Origin: Balanoglossus misakiensis
Lineage: Eukaryota; Animalia; Hemichordata
Length of the DNA stretch: 64,000 nt
Direction: 5' to 3'
NCBI GenBank assembly: GCA_040954595.2
Contig: CM082587.2
Span: forward strand, 6,251,705 to 6,315,704
The notes under the pieces were generated by a model that saw nothing but the letters and a program-made list of their open reading frames with translations, ran no database searches and was not told where the DNA came from. The position numbers and the translations under genes were made by a program. The first letter of the stretch is position 1. Each line of letters begins with the position of its first letter. Positions 52,201 through 64,000 of the stretch are shown here, piece by piece.

Positions 52201-53654
52201 TCCCAGCACAGCAAATAAATTATTACATCCCTGCATTATCACCATATGAGGTGATCTCAGATATTTACTAAGGCAAACATACAATGTATAGATAGTAGTC
52301 AAATTTTTAAACCCCCCCCCCCCTCTAGCTATTAATACTTTTGGGATTTACAGCGGTGTAAAGTATCAAAATCAATACCCCCAGACACTTATTCAAAAGT
52401 AGAAATTAAGGATATCTTTGATTGTGTATCCATTGTTATCAAATTACCAATAGTCTACCGACATCTTCTCAGAAAGCACACACATGTATACTTCACCAGG
52501 ATGACCTTGACATTAACCCATCATGTCTTCCCTGGAATAGGCTAAAAAAAATTAGTCTTTTCTGGTCACCGCCCACATCACTTTCCACATGTCAGTGACC
52601 TTTTTCAGTTTGTCATTTTTCTTAATCAGCGCTGTCAGATTTATGAGCCCAGACTTAACATCTGTAAAAGTTAAGAACAAATTCCATAGTTTTATATGAA
52701 ACTTGCTGTTGGTGGGCAGGTCATACTAAATGTGTTTATATAACTGTTAACAGTTAGACACCTCATGTGCAGGTGGTCTGGGAAGGCGATAATTACTTTT
52801 ACAGCCAAACAAAGTCCTAGCCTGGTCACTGTGTTCACTGCTGGAGTTTTAATATGAACAGAATGAATTGGAACTAAAAGATCTAGCACCATTGTCATGG
52901 TGTCATGTGGTGAATGATGACGTAAAGAAAGTTATCAACCCGGTAAATTAGCTATCAATAGTAGTTGGTACCATCAAATTATACAACCCTGTCTTCTTCC
53001 ACGCAATTGTCGATATCGACTAGTGGCCCATTCACAGCCTATAAATGAAACTATTCATTAATACTACGTCAAGTCACAAATTTTGGCTCTCTGCCAAACC
53101 ATTCCAGTGAAGCGACATCGACAACCACCCGGTTCACGTGGCTCGGCATGAAAACGGGGGAAATCGACAAATCTATCGAGAAATCGACAACGGGGCGATA
53201 ACTTCACGATAGACTACGCTGGCATACATCGCGCCGGTTTTGTGTTGGCATCTGTGCCTATAAAATCATGTGGTAGACCAAACAACTATGTCCGGAATGT
53301 TGTCTCCGTGGATCGTAATAAAATGAAATCAAAGGGAAACGTCGTGCAGTATCGGCGGCGATTGACCCGGTACCCGGGGAACCATGTACACATTTACACC
53401 CATCCGATTTTTTACACGTATTTTTTTTCGTACAAACACTTGATCAATGTTTGAATTTACTCGGCCGGCTGTAGGTCCTAACGATCGTATGCAAACGAGA
53501 CTGCGTGACAACTGGCACCGGCCAGCGCCAGTACAACCACCCCCCTCACAACACACATGAATGCACTTTCATCACCAAACGTGGAGTTTGTGTACATTTT
53601 TCACCTACCCGGCGGAGGCGGGATATCTTCCCCGTAGACTTCGTCACACTCCAT
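46223..53654 (-). CDS. TMEM268: TMEM268-family membrane protein with an N-terminal TIR domain (about 549 aa)
   Basis: Exons 53609-53654 (tentative first coding exon), 49612-50268 (TIR: HAFFCF..SDSEWV...CNHERDFEPG...SEEFLASSWC), 49407-49457, 48945-48968, 48703-48812, 47999-48265 (two TM helices), 47574-47684, 47114-47206, 46771-46905, 46223-46378. TMEM268 hallmarks: LYNGMVL, LEPKLQWY..YSRP, NVDFRLAKVNATIMKHNVLLGLTD, LYFIYYN..C, SGRYVRKL...RH....CLCQYVE. Confidence 0.85.
47207..47573 (-). other. U12-type (minor spliceosome) GT-AG intron
   Basis: 5' splice site GTATCCTTT; branch site TCCTTAAC 12 nt from the 3' end; no pyrimidine tract. Confidence 0.9.
47361..47452. mobile_element. piggyBac-like TTAA MITE (best-preserved copy)
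   Basis: TTAA|CCCTTTCACC...GGTGAAAGGG|TTAA, perfect TIRs with TTAA target duplication. Confidence 0.8.
48314..48495. mobile_element. MITE with 21-bp perfect TIRs (pogo/Tigger-type CCGT ends)
   Basis: CCGTTAAAGTCATTTTATAAG ... CTTATAAAATGACTTTAACGG|TA; internal TATAAGTCGCA repeats. Confidence 0.85.
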
Positions 53655-54151
53655 AACCGGTAGTTGCAATCGCCACCTGTACTCTTCCAGTGATTTATCC
53701 CTCGGAAACGTCGGTTACCCGGTGAAATTCGCACTGTAACCGCAAGTGAACTTTTCCGTCTACAACACTGCAGCCCTTTTTAGTTTGTATACACTGGTCA
53801 TGTGCTCGCCCTCCCATACATCGCAACAAATCAACGTCACGCGGCGGGAACCCACTGCGCATGTGCTTGTCAACAACTTCCATTCACATGCAAAGTTTGC
53901 TTTATTTGATTGGGGGTTGGGTCGACCTTCGGTGTGTACGTGTATTATATCATTCCAATGGCAGAATTTCATTGACTGAGTATTTCCAGTGGTATCATGC
54001 CGGAGCAACGTGACCGAGGTCGCGTCCCGCCAACTGAAGTTTAATAATAGTGAATGTTATTTATGTAGTAATAAATTTTAAAATGCAGATTGGTAATTAT
54101 GGAAAAGTATTAAAGTTTTACAATTTCAATCATTTCAATATGATACTTCAT

Positions 54152-54152
<1 letters not shown>

Positions 54153-54178
<26 letters not shown>
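54153..54178. repeat. (GA)n microsatellite
   Basis: Seen directly. Confidence 0.9.
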
Positions 54179-54183
<5 letters not shown>

Positions 54184-55363
54184 GGGGAGGGATGGCAAAT
54201 TGAGATCTAGCCAATCACAGATTTGTAGTGGGTGGCACACACAAAAAAAGAGCACCACCATGCGTTCTTCAGAACACTCAGATACACCACTTCAGCCAAA
54301 AAAAGTATACCCTGAAATAAGACACAGAGAATTACAATATATTTATATTCAAATTTTATTGCAAATTTTATTTTATTTCGACAAATCAATCTCAATTTTT
54401 AACATTTTCTGCTACACATTTAGGAAAGGTAAAATGTCCATCTCTGACATTTGAATTTAAAAAAATATTTTCAATAATTTCTAAGTATGTGGATTGTTTT
54501 CCACAAATATAGGGTGAGATGGACAAGAAGGACATAGCCTGTAATTTGATTGGAAATCTGTGAAACTAATTCAATGATGCAAGATTTGAGGATTCCCTGC
54601 TCACACAATACAGTGTGTAAAATAATGCGACAATTATTTTGCTGGAATGGTTCGACAGACAAGGATGAAAATACTGGATATAAATTACAGGGCTTTATTC
54701 CCAAGAGGGTTTGAAATAACTTTAGTGTATTTTAAGTCTGTACCATGAATTATCATTCAATGTTTGACACACTGTTCTAGATGGGGAAAAAGTTCACTTC
54801 TGACCTCATTAGATTTACCCAAATGCTAAAACTACTGTAACACATGCTAAATCTCTGTACCTTACCCTTGAGCCCAGACCCTAAAATTAAAGTGACTTAC
54901 GACAGAGGGCTGTTTTGCACAAACACACCGAGAAACTGGCATCTTATAACACTAAAAACAAAATCTTACATCTTTATATGATGCCACATATACTTTGAAC
55001 ATTTTACATTAGATATGTGTGCGTCTAAATCTCCTCACAACGTAAGATTGTCTGTTTTTCAAGTGCGCCCCAGTGGCCAATGTCATACAAAGACATTACA
55101 GGGGGCGCTACCCCTACGTGACATCTTCTTTGTACACAGCTAACCCACAGATCTGTCATGGTGATTTCATCACATATTTCGACAATTATTTCCTCATGTA
55201 ATAAATATACATATTAAACAGTTTGATTGTGTAGTACACATTCTGTGTTCAACACCATACTGGCACGAGTCATCACGCATATTTTATCCAGTCTTACATA
55301 GAACTTCGGCATTACCAGGGGGTACCACTCCCAGCCTCAACTGCCCGGGGGGCACCACTCCTA

Positions 55364-58300
55364 CTACGTCATCTCGCGAATCGGCAGGGGGTGACCCTCC
55401 GTGTTAAATACGTACTTGTCTAAAGACACCAGGTCCATATCATCGCTGAATAATAAATAAAAATACTTCAAAGTCTCTCCCAGGAAAAAGCTCTCCATCT
55501 TGTCTCTGAAACCGGGACTGTTCACGCTTTTAACGTTGTTGATTGACGAGTAGCCTCCGCTGTCGATTTTGGTGTATCGCTCGAAGGCTTGAAAAATCTT
55601 CCATCCCCACTCCCTGTATTTGTCATCCTGAGTGACCCTGTACATGTAGAATAGGCTCTCGATCGTTTCTGGCCGCAGCAAGTTGTGGGTATCGGCAGGC
55701 TGCATAGCAAGGGAAAAAGGGCAACAAATTAGAGTGAGTGTTGAACTCATGTTGGATGATTGAATTTGACGTGCAAGTTTGCAACAGAACAAAACACGTA
55801 CCTTCACTGAAATATCTTCATGCCCATGTACGTTGGTGTTGAAATAGACAATTTCTGGACTGAGAAACGTCGGCATTTGAGCATACATCTGATAGCAGGT
55901 GCTCAGAAGAGCCTGCGATAAGTCCAAATGCGTTGTACTCAGCCCATTTAAGTATCCCAACGCCAGTGTTCCGGACAAAAAACATACCAAGTGGTCCTAG
56001 TACAGGAAAGAGAGAGATTTTACATGATATACCAATATGGTTGCTGTTAGGGGCGTCTTTAAAATAATTCAAGCCTCTATAATTATTTCAATTTCATCCA
56101 CTTTCAAAACAGCAAATTGATGATTGTGTTCATGATATTTTCGGTTTGCTGAAATGTATAAATACCCCACTTATGGTAGTCTTGGAATCTGTATATTTTG
56201 ACGGCAAAACTTACCATTTTTGGGCTCAGGTTATTACCACTGATAAGTTCCCCGATATAAGTCAATCCATTTGGTATAGATTCCCTCACTAGCTTATCTT
56301 TTATGCCATCAACAGCACTGACATATTCATCCTTGAACCTTGAAATACAACAATGAGCGGAAAATTAATTTGTATCTATGCGATAATTGACAGATCTACC
56401 GGTATGATGTAACAATGGCAACTGTCTTTAGGAAAATATTCCAAAAATATTAACATTGCGAATTTTAATACAGCAGAAAAGGAAGTGTTTGGCAATGCGA
56501 ATATGCATTATAAGACAACTGCACTGAATCATTTTTCAAAGAAAAAAAATTGTGAAAAAAATTGGGTAGGGCTAATGTTTAATATGGCTATTGTTTAATA
56601 TTTGCCCTTTCGCATATGCACATAATACGATCATCGGCCTTTAACCTTAACTTTCAGAAAGCTTACTTTTGTTCACTTTGACCAGTCTGAATCCACTGCT
56701 TCAATAAATATTCGTAGTAGCTGTCACCGCGGGCACCCAACGTGATCGTGGATCCTTGGCGGAATTTTCCCGTGCTGGCATTGATGAACATCGGCACCAA
56801 ATGATCTTTCTTTTGCAGGCTCAACAGATGATCCATCACTTCATCGACTGCGGCCTGTGGCAAAAACGTCACAGATAGCGGGAAAGTTAACACCGTGTTG
56901 GTCATATGTAGCTGCCTCTGACCAGAGAATTCAGCATCACTTATCGACGAGTCACTTTTATCACATACTGTATCTCGTGGCGACCTTGATATCGCCCAGG
57001 GAGGTGAAAATGCAACCTCTGAAACTTTCGGGCGGAGGTGAGGGGGTGTGTGACATGTACACTAATTTTTCTGAATCAAATTTGTAAATTAATTAACAGA
57101 GAAGTAACCTCAGAGCAAGGGCAGAAATTCGGTGGGATGACAAATTTTTACTCTTGAGACACATGTGTATGTTACACACAAACCACCATGACTTACTTTG
57201 TACTTTGGGTCACCCGTGGTGAAGGTCAAATCTCTGAACTCCAGCTGTATGGTGCTGACTTCTGACACTGTACTGTCGGGTCCCCATTTGGGCGCGTGAG
57301 CTTGGCGAGATTTCAAGTTGACATCCGAGTAGGGCACCTTTGACTTGCTGTTAAAACACGGCAACAGGGCATCGCCAAGTTTGATCTGTTGGGAAAAATA
57401 GTTTTCACACTTCATATTACTCAAACTAACAAAAACCATCACTTACATCAGTAATTAAGACCAAATGTTTATTCCTTCTGCCTAGATGACTAATTAGAAC
57501 CCTGGATAACGAGACCACAACATGACTGGGTGGCATTATAATCCAGTGGCTGGAGCACTGGTTCGGAGATAAAGAGAACGCAAAAATTTAATCGTTGTGT
57601 AAAAGTTGCCTCTGTTGATATCGCGAAAATTCCTGTCATGAAAATTTCCCGTTTTATACAGTATACATACCGCTTTGTCCAGAAAGACGCTGTCACCACT
57701 CAAATGATAGACACTCAGCAATCCCCCTAGAACACGGATTGTTGTTTCAAACAGATTGACATCAACGTTTGGGTTGACGTCCAGACTGTGAGCTACCCAG
57801 TCTCTTGCTTCCTGGAACTCTGAAAGTGTCAAAATACAAGTCATTATATATGCAGGCTTGAAATTCTGATTCATAGATGTTGTTTTGCATATTTAATAGT
57901 AATTTGCATATCACCTAATTTGTGCATATTCCATAAAATATGATAATGCAAATTGTTGGTGGAACATGAAAGCTACCTGGAATAATACCTGGAGGATCAA
58001 ATATCACATAAGTTTTCTTTGAGTTACAAGTGAAGAATATAGATACTCTTGGATTATACCGAATATAAGTTCAGGTCTCCCATATTGATACTTTGAGGCA
58101 AGGTGTAAATACACCCCCACCCCACACATTCACTCTGCGAGTCCCTCTGTTTGGTGGCACTAACAACCCACCTTCCTGAAGCCCCATGATATACATGGTA
58201 TCCAGCGAATCCACCATCGTCAGTCCAAGCCTGAACCATTCACTGTACGTCTTCGAGATCGGCTTGAGCTCGTCATGTCCCCAGGCGTACTGCTTGTAGC

Positions 58301-59832
58301 CTTTCCATGCGTGTTTGAAAGCCTTGACCACGGCTTCTTGCTTTGCATTCTGAGGACCTTCAAACAGTAACATGGCGGGGATTGTAGAAGGAAAAACAAG
58401 GTAAAGATATGCCTGCGACAGAATTGGACTACTTGACATGAAAAATTGCATGTATATCATATATGGCAGCCAGTTGGTTGCATTTTACACTAGACTACAG
58501 TTCATGATTTCCAAAATAATGAATTTACCCACAGAAGATAAACCTCGATGAGAAACATTGTACGTGGATATTGAAACTTTATTTCTTGACATTTTTCACT
58601 TCCTGCATTTCGAGATCCTCCTCTAAGATGATTCTCCATGACCACCCCCTTCTCAAATAATTTCAGACACAGCACCACCCCCACCCCCCCCCCCCCCCCC
58701 ACAGAACGCTCTCTCTGACAGTTTGCTGTCTGGGAATATGAGGGACACCTTGCACAACGTACCATATTTTGGTTTCACGTCCTCTTGGTACTCATGATCA
58801 TCACCATTATCATTCTGAAATGAAGGATTGGAGCATCACAACACGTTAGACAAATTACAGTTAAACAAAATACATGTACATAACAAAACATTTTACTGAG
58901 TAAAAACTTGTAATAATTTCTTGTTTCCAGCTGTTTGCTTTGTTGTCTTTGATTGTATACTATTATTGCCCCTGGTATCAACTACAACAATCTACAGGGG
59001 AATGATTTGATATGGCCATATACTCATCAGTAAGCATGGAACTCTCCCTTACTTCCTCGCTGTCTTCTCCATTCTGAACGTCTCCCGGTGGTCTCTGCTG
59101 CATTTCTTGCACATCCGGATCTTCATTGTTCCGTCTCAAACCGGGCGGGCCCCGCTTTCCTGGTTTCCTCCTATCCTGCAGAGTTTTCAACAATTTTTTC
59201 CAATTTGTATATCAAGTATGACGCGACAATGCCAAGTGGGTACAGTGTTCTCCCCAGGATTTTGGGAAAGCAGGGTGGCTAATTTTATATTGTCTTCTCA
59301 AAATTAAAGAGTGGTGGCCACCATGCTTTAATTGCTCTGGGAAGAACACTGGGGTAAAATCCAAAAATGGCTCTTTGCCAAAAATAAGACAGTATCTCAC
59401 CAAATTTTCTTGTACTTGTTGAGCTGCCTTTTCCCGTATATCCTGGATGTTTAATGGTCTGTCAATGACTGCTTCTTCATCTTCTTTAGCTGAAATTTTA
59501 TTTCTGGAGAAAAACGTTTGCTCTCCATCTGAATGCCTGAAAGTCGTGTAGATTTCTGGAAATATATAAACTAGGGCCAAGACTCCCAGGCATAAGATTA
59601 CACAGATGGTGCTCCTTTGAAACCGAGACAATCGATTCCACATCTGAAACAAAGAAAAAATGGTGCAAGATTTGAGAGAATTGCCAATGAGACCAGTTAC
59701 AGCTGACTGCAAAATCCAAAAAGTCCACGGAAAAGTAACCCACACACAGAGAATCATCATCATCATCATTGTCACTGCTGTCATCGTTGCCATCACTACC
59801 ATCATAGTCCTTAGCTCCTAGTCATCATCATC

Positions 59833-59864
<32 letters not shown>

Positions 59865-60485
59865 CATCATCAACCAACAATCATCATCAACCAACATCAT
59901 CATCATCTTCATCACTATGATCATTTATCATTTTATAGTGTTCACGCTAAAAGTGTTCATGTGTGGGGCTCAACAATGCAAAGCCCTTCGAAATGCCCTT
60001 AGGATGGTTGTTGCGTATGTTTTTTTTTTTGTCTATAAAGGAAACACCTATGCCAGTACGACAACACCGGTACGCGAGAGGGCGTAGTCCCACTTATCAG
60101 CCTGTCGCGTTGGAAGTATTATATGCCTTTGACGTGGCCCAATGAAATTTACCACACGCTACCAATCCATATGTTGTTGACACCGGCAAGACTTCAGTTC
60201 CGGCAATCAGACTGGATAGTACTCATACGGCATGGTTTTGGTTTTAACCCCAAATGACCAACACGTAGCTCCATTGATTCATCTTCGGTCATTGATTTTG
60301 GCATGGGTCAGTTGTCACAGCAGCCGACAATGCCGGCCGGAAACTTGCACTGCATTTGTCCAAACAAATAAGTACAAACTCACCCTCCGACACGACTGAC
60401 GCCGCAACCCTTTGCTGTTGTTGTACTGTCGATCGTCCGCTACTGTGAAGGAAATGAAGTCCCTCTTCTGAAAATGACTATACAT
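55364..60485 (-). CDS. MAN1B1: ER mannosyl-oligosaccharide alpha-1,2-mannosidase (GH47)
   Basis: N-terminal RDFIS...[24 protein letters not shown] plus a TM segment; GH47 motifs [66 protein letters not shown]. Exons 60384-60485, 59401-59643, 59053-59175, 58763-58814, 58172-58357, 57671-57819, 57197-57385, 56667-56854, 56215-56338, 55802-55996, 55364-55699. Confidence 0.96.
59822..59912. repeat. (CAT)n microsatellite
   Basis: Seen directly in MAN1B1 intron 1. Confidence 0.9.
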
Positions 60486-61630
60486 AGTCAGAAATCGGTT
60501 GTACTACAATGACTGCTACCAAATCGATCTTGCACATAGTATAAACATTGCATTGCCTGTCGCTGAAACCCATTCACACCGCCATTGCATAGCAGCCTTA
60601 CGTACGTACCCGCTGGAGCCTATCAACACCTCAGCGGAAGTTGTAGCATTACGCCCAACACAGCAATTAACACCTTCGAAAGACTTCTGATAGGGTGAAG
60701 TACTATGTATAACCAACCTATAAACATGTGTTTTTTTACTTATCATATTATGCGAAAGTCAACCGTGCAAAAGAAATAGAGGCATGACGATGTTTCCAAC
60801 CTTAAAGGCGCTAAAGCAGAGAGGCGGATGAATACTAGTATTACTTTTTGACACTTTAGGTTAGTCGAAATAATATCGATAGAATAATCCGCAAGATAGA
60901 GGGTACTATACTCGGACGCACTTTCGCCGAAGCAGCGCACTCTGGCGGTGAAATGTACAAAATTTATGAAAATTGCGAGAATCACGCAAGAACTATGACG
61001 TCGTTGGAAAAAAATGGAAAAAAAATGCAAAATAAAAATATTTCCCTATCTAACTTTTTGAAAACCATGTAATCGGATCAGCACGTATTGTTTTTTTTGG
61101 CCTTATGTGATCAGTTATAATATGAAGCAGCATCATCCGGGTGTGTCTCAATAAAAATTGTACAAAATTACTAACTGATTAATTCTGCCATGTATTATAA
61201 TTGAAAATGTATATTAGTTCAATCAGTAGTAAAAAAAACATAAAATGTTTTTCCTCGGTGTGCTTGAATATTTTTATGTATATGAGGCTAGGGGTGCGTG
61301 GCACTGCACTGGAAGCTAAGTTTCCTTGGTAACCTTTGTGGGATCCTTTACCGCACTTTCATTATATCACCCGCGGCATTAATTGCGAGGATACTCAGAT
61401 TGTGATGCATTGAACCACAGACAACATCGTTCGGTCAATAGCCTTCCTGAAATATCCGCCGGGCAAAACGACATTTCCACAAACAACACAAAATTCAAAT
61501 GACAGTTTTCATGTCATAATAATTTCATAAAACCGCAAAGTGTAAGCTTTGGTGACGCGCATTAAAGTTATAAAAGTGATACTGGTATATATTTCGATTT
61601 GTGTTAATTTTTAGGGGTTTACGACAGATC

Positions 61631-61681
61631 TAGCCCGGAGACACAGGCGTTGATCTTTTCTACGCCTGTGTCTCCGGGCTA
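61631..61681. mobile_element. 51-bp hairpin mini-element with a 9-bp target-site-like duplication
   Basis: Perfect 20-bp inverted repeat TAGCCCGGAGACACAGGCGT with an 11-nt loop, flanked by CGACAGATC and CGACGGATC. Confidence 0.65.
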
Positions 61682-62835
61682 CGACGGATCGTGCAAGACA
61701 TCGATAGCCATATGGTACATCTGTTTTTTCATTACATAGAATCACAGACATCACACATCTGTGATATAATATGGAAAGGATTAAATTGCGAATGTGCCGA
61801 AAGAGTGATATAGCCTAATTATCAAGCTTATAATGACATCGTTTGTCAAATCATGGACGTAATTATTACGTCCATGGTCAAATTGACCGCACCATGTCAC
61901 CGCCGGATTAGTTACACGTTGGCCTACCAACAGTACTACAGTACTGGTAATCAATTATCGCAAAATTCTATTTTCAGACACAGTCGCTCGTTTCACCGGA
62001 AATTATGTCGGGGCACAGATATTATAATACCACAGGGGACAACTCCTTTTTCTGTGCTGTGGCATACATGCAGCCGGTCGGCACAGCGTACGTACGTGAC
62101 TTCCAGATTGAAAGAAGCGACTTGCGCCGCGCGCCTGTGCGTCTGCGCGCTGAGACTCTGTTGAGACGCCGGAAGTCCGCGCACGTACGTACGTAGTGGG
62201 GGTCGACGTCTTTGTTGACAAGGTTTAAACCATTCATACTGGGAGACCGGCAATATAATATGTATCGAGGTAGCAGTATTGCGATAACATTTCTGGGATG
62301 AGGTAAAAGCGGCGAGTTGGTGAGACGTTGGCCACAGAAAAGTTTGGAATGAACAATCAGTCGCAGAAATGGGTGAGTGAACCACGATTTCACACAGAGC
62401 TTCGCACATGATCATGATATGATACGTACACAGCCATTAATTTCTCTTTGTCGATCTTCCAGCGTTGTAGTTATGCTTGGCCGGCTGTGTGATGCATGCT
62501 GTTTACCGGCTGTGCCCCTCCCCCCCCCGTCGTTTTGTGTGCATTTCTCTCCCCCCCCCCCTCTCTGTTGATTTAGGAGGGGGGGGGGGTGCAGAAGTAC
62601 GCAAGCTTGAACTGCAGATCAAACTTGACCCACCGGCCCCACTACAAAGCCCGCATTGAACTCGGTCACTCGGTTGGATTCTGTTGACAAAAGATTAAAG
62701 GGGTAAAAGTCGCTCTCTTTTTGGGGTCAATTTTGTATGCCTCGAAAATTTTTCTATGTTGACTTCTTGAAACATCTTAATATGTTTAAATGCTGGCAGA
62801 CAGACTATATGTACGCATGCACAGGTGCATAAATA

Positions 62836-62913
62836 AAAATCAGATGTAGGGAACGGCGACGTGCTGTCGACAGCATAAAAAAAAACACATCACCGTTCCC
62901 TACATCTGATTTT
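62836..62913. repeat. 24-bp inverted repeat (hairpin or mini-MITE)
   Basis: AAAATCAGATGTAGGGAACGGCGA ... TCACCGTTCCCTACATCTGATTTT, one mismatch. Confidence 0.75.
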
Positions 62914-63010
62914 AATCAGATTGGCACAGGTGGATCATATTGGACTGTTAAAAATCTTTGCCTGAATGCCTTTTTAAGGGTTGATCTACCGATAGACTAC
63001 ATCATCACTG

Positions 63011-64000
63011 ATGGCTAATTTTCTTGCTGGTCTTAACTTTTTGCAGGGACACAAGAGTTGTCTTGCGCTGGTCGTTGTCATGGTGATCACCACCACTAGT
63101 TTGATTTACTCGTTCACGGTCAACTCGTACGCAGGCCCTTTTTATAAAAAACAAAAACAACCTGAGGCCAATCAGTCGGAGGGGGCATTGCCAACGGTAA
63201 GGAACAACGTGAAGTATGTGGATCTAAGTGGCGTTGTGTCTATTCTTGAGCCAGATAAGGTAAGCTGTATATCCAGGTTAAAGGGCCACGATGCTGTATA
63301 TGAAAGAGATCATTTTGTCTGTGACATGTATACGAAATGTCCACTTCTCGACCAACTTGGTTGGCAGCATACAGTCTAAAACTTATGTAACAATATGCAT
63401 TCAGGCACTTCCCTTCAATGTCTACTATGACTCGCTCGCTTGATTTAGAGTTACCTACCTCTAAATTTTTCATTGAATGTTTAATCTAGTCTGTCTGCAG
63501 TTTGTGTTCAGCAGACCAATATTTTTTTCATGTTTCAAGAAGTCAAACGGGATAGACAACTTTTTTTTGGAATCAAACGATATTGTCCCTTTAATCAAAC
63601 AATATTGTCCCTTTAAGCAGCCAGAAAATAATCTCTTGTATCAATCAATCTTCATAGGTTCTTAATAAGCGCTACGATGACTGTGCCATCATCTCAAGCT
63701 CGGGTCACATGTCCAAGTCGAAGGCCGGTCCCGATATCGACAAGAGCAGCTGTGTATTCCGAATGAACAATGGTCCCGTAAGGGGTTTCGAGGCAGACGT
63801 GGGCCACCGAACGACAGTGCGCGTGATAGCGCACTCCGCCGTACGAGATGTTACCGATTCCAAAACCCAACTACTGTTGGGCAGTGCTCGGCCAGAAATC
63901 TGCGTTATCTGGGGGCCGGAGTATTCCATGAAAGAAGAGGGGGGTATTGCATACAAAGGTGCCGCAGCCTTGGCAAAAGAGTTTAAGGACATTGAATTTT
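63011..64000 (+). CDS. GT29 sialyltransferase, ST6GalNAc3-6-like (partial, runs off the window)
   Basis: Exon 63011-63259 (type II TM anchor and stem) and exon 63658->64000 with sialylmotif L CAIISSSGHM....AGPDIDKSSCVFRMNNGPVRGFEADVGHRTTVRVIAHS and the WGP...M...G..Y pattern of ST6GalNAc3-6. Confidence 0.88.

Noticed and set aside
53695-53883. 62-aa ORF upstream of the TIR-TMEM268 start
   Set aside because: No recognisable motif and the transcription start is unknown, so uORF status cannot be supported.
55313-55366. Double TAG stop and duplicated GGAGTGGT.CCCCCC motif after MAN1B1
   Set aside because: Tandem stops argue against readthrough; the short duplication has no evident function.
61853-62415. 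Several overlapping ORFs of 63-140 aa
   Set aside because: A CpG-rich, promoter-like stretch; the translations do not look like real proteins.

Overview
Intron-rich genomic DNA from an invertebrate bilaterian animal, not a prokaryote; the species cannot be determined from sequence alone. Gene order: alpha-spectrin (-, about 41 coding exons here, 3' end runs off the window) lies head-to-head with a Polycomblike PHF19/MTF2/PHF1-type gene (+). Next come a 3-exon gene (-) encoding a 187-aa protein with a bacterial-type DUF6973/min-Wnt (Wnt/lipocone-like) core, tRNA-Val(AAC) (-), a TIR domain-TMEM268 fusion gene (-) with a U12-type intron, ER alpha-1,2-mannosidase MAN1B1 (-), and the 5' part of a ST6GalNAc3-6-like sialyltransferase (+). 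MITEs and microsatellites are scattered through the introns. Most interesting: (1) the bacterial-like min-Wnt gene sitting in an otherwise anciently syntenic block; (2) the TIR-TMEM268 fusion; (3) candidate frame-preserving microexons in alpha-spectrin, including a chain that could build an N-terminus lacking the tetramerisation helix and inserts into the SH3 n-Src loop. All gene models were spliced by eye and family assignments come from remembered motifs, not database searches.
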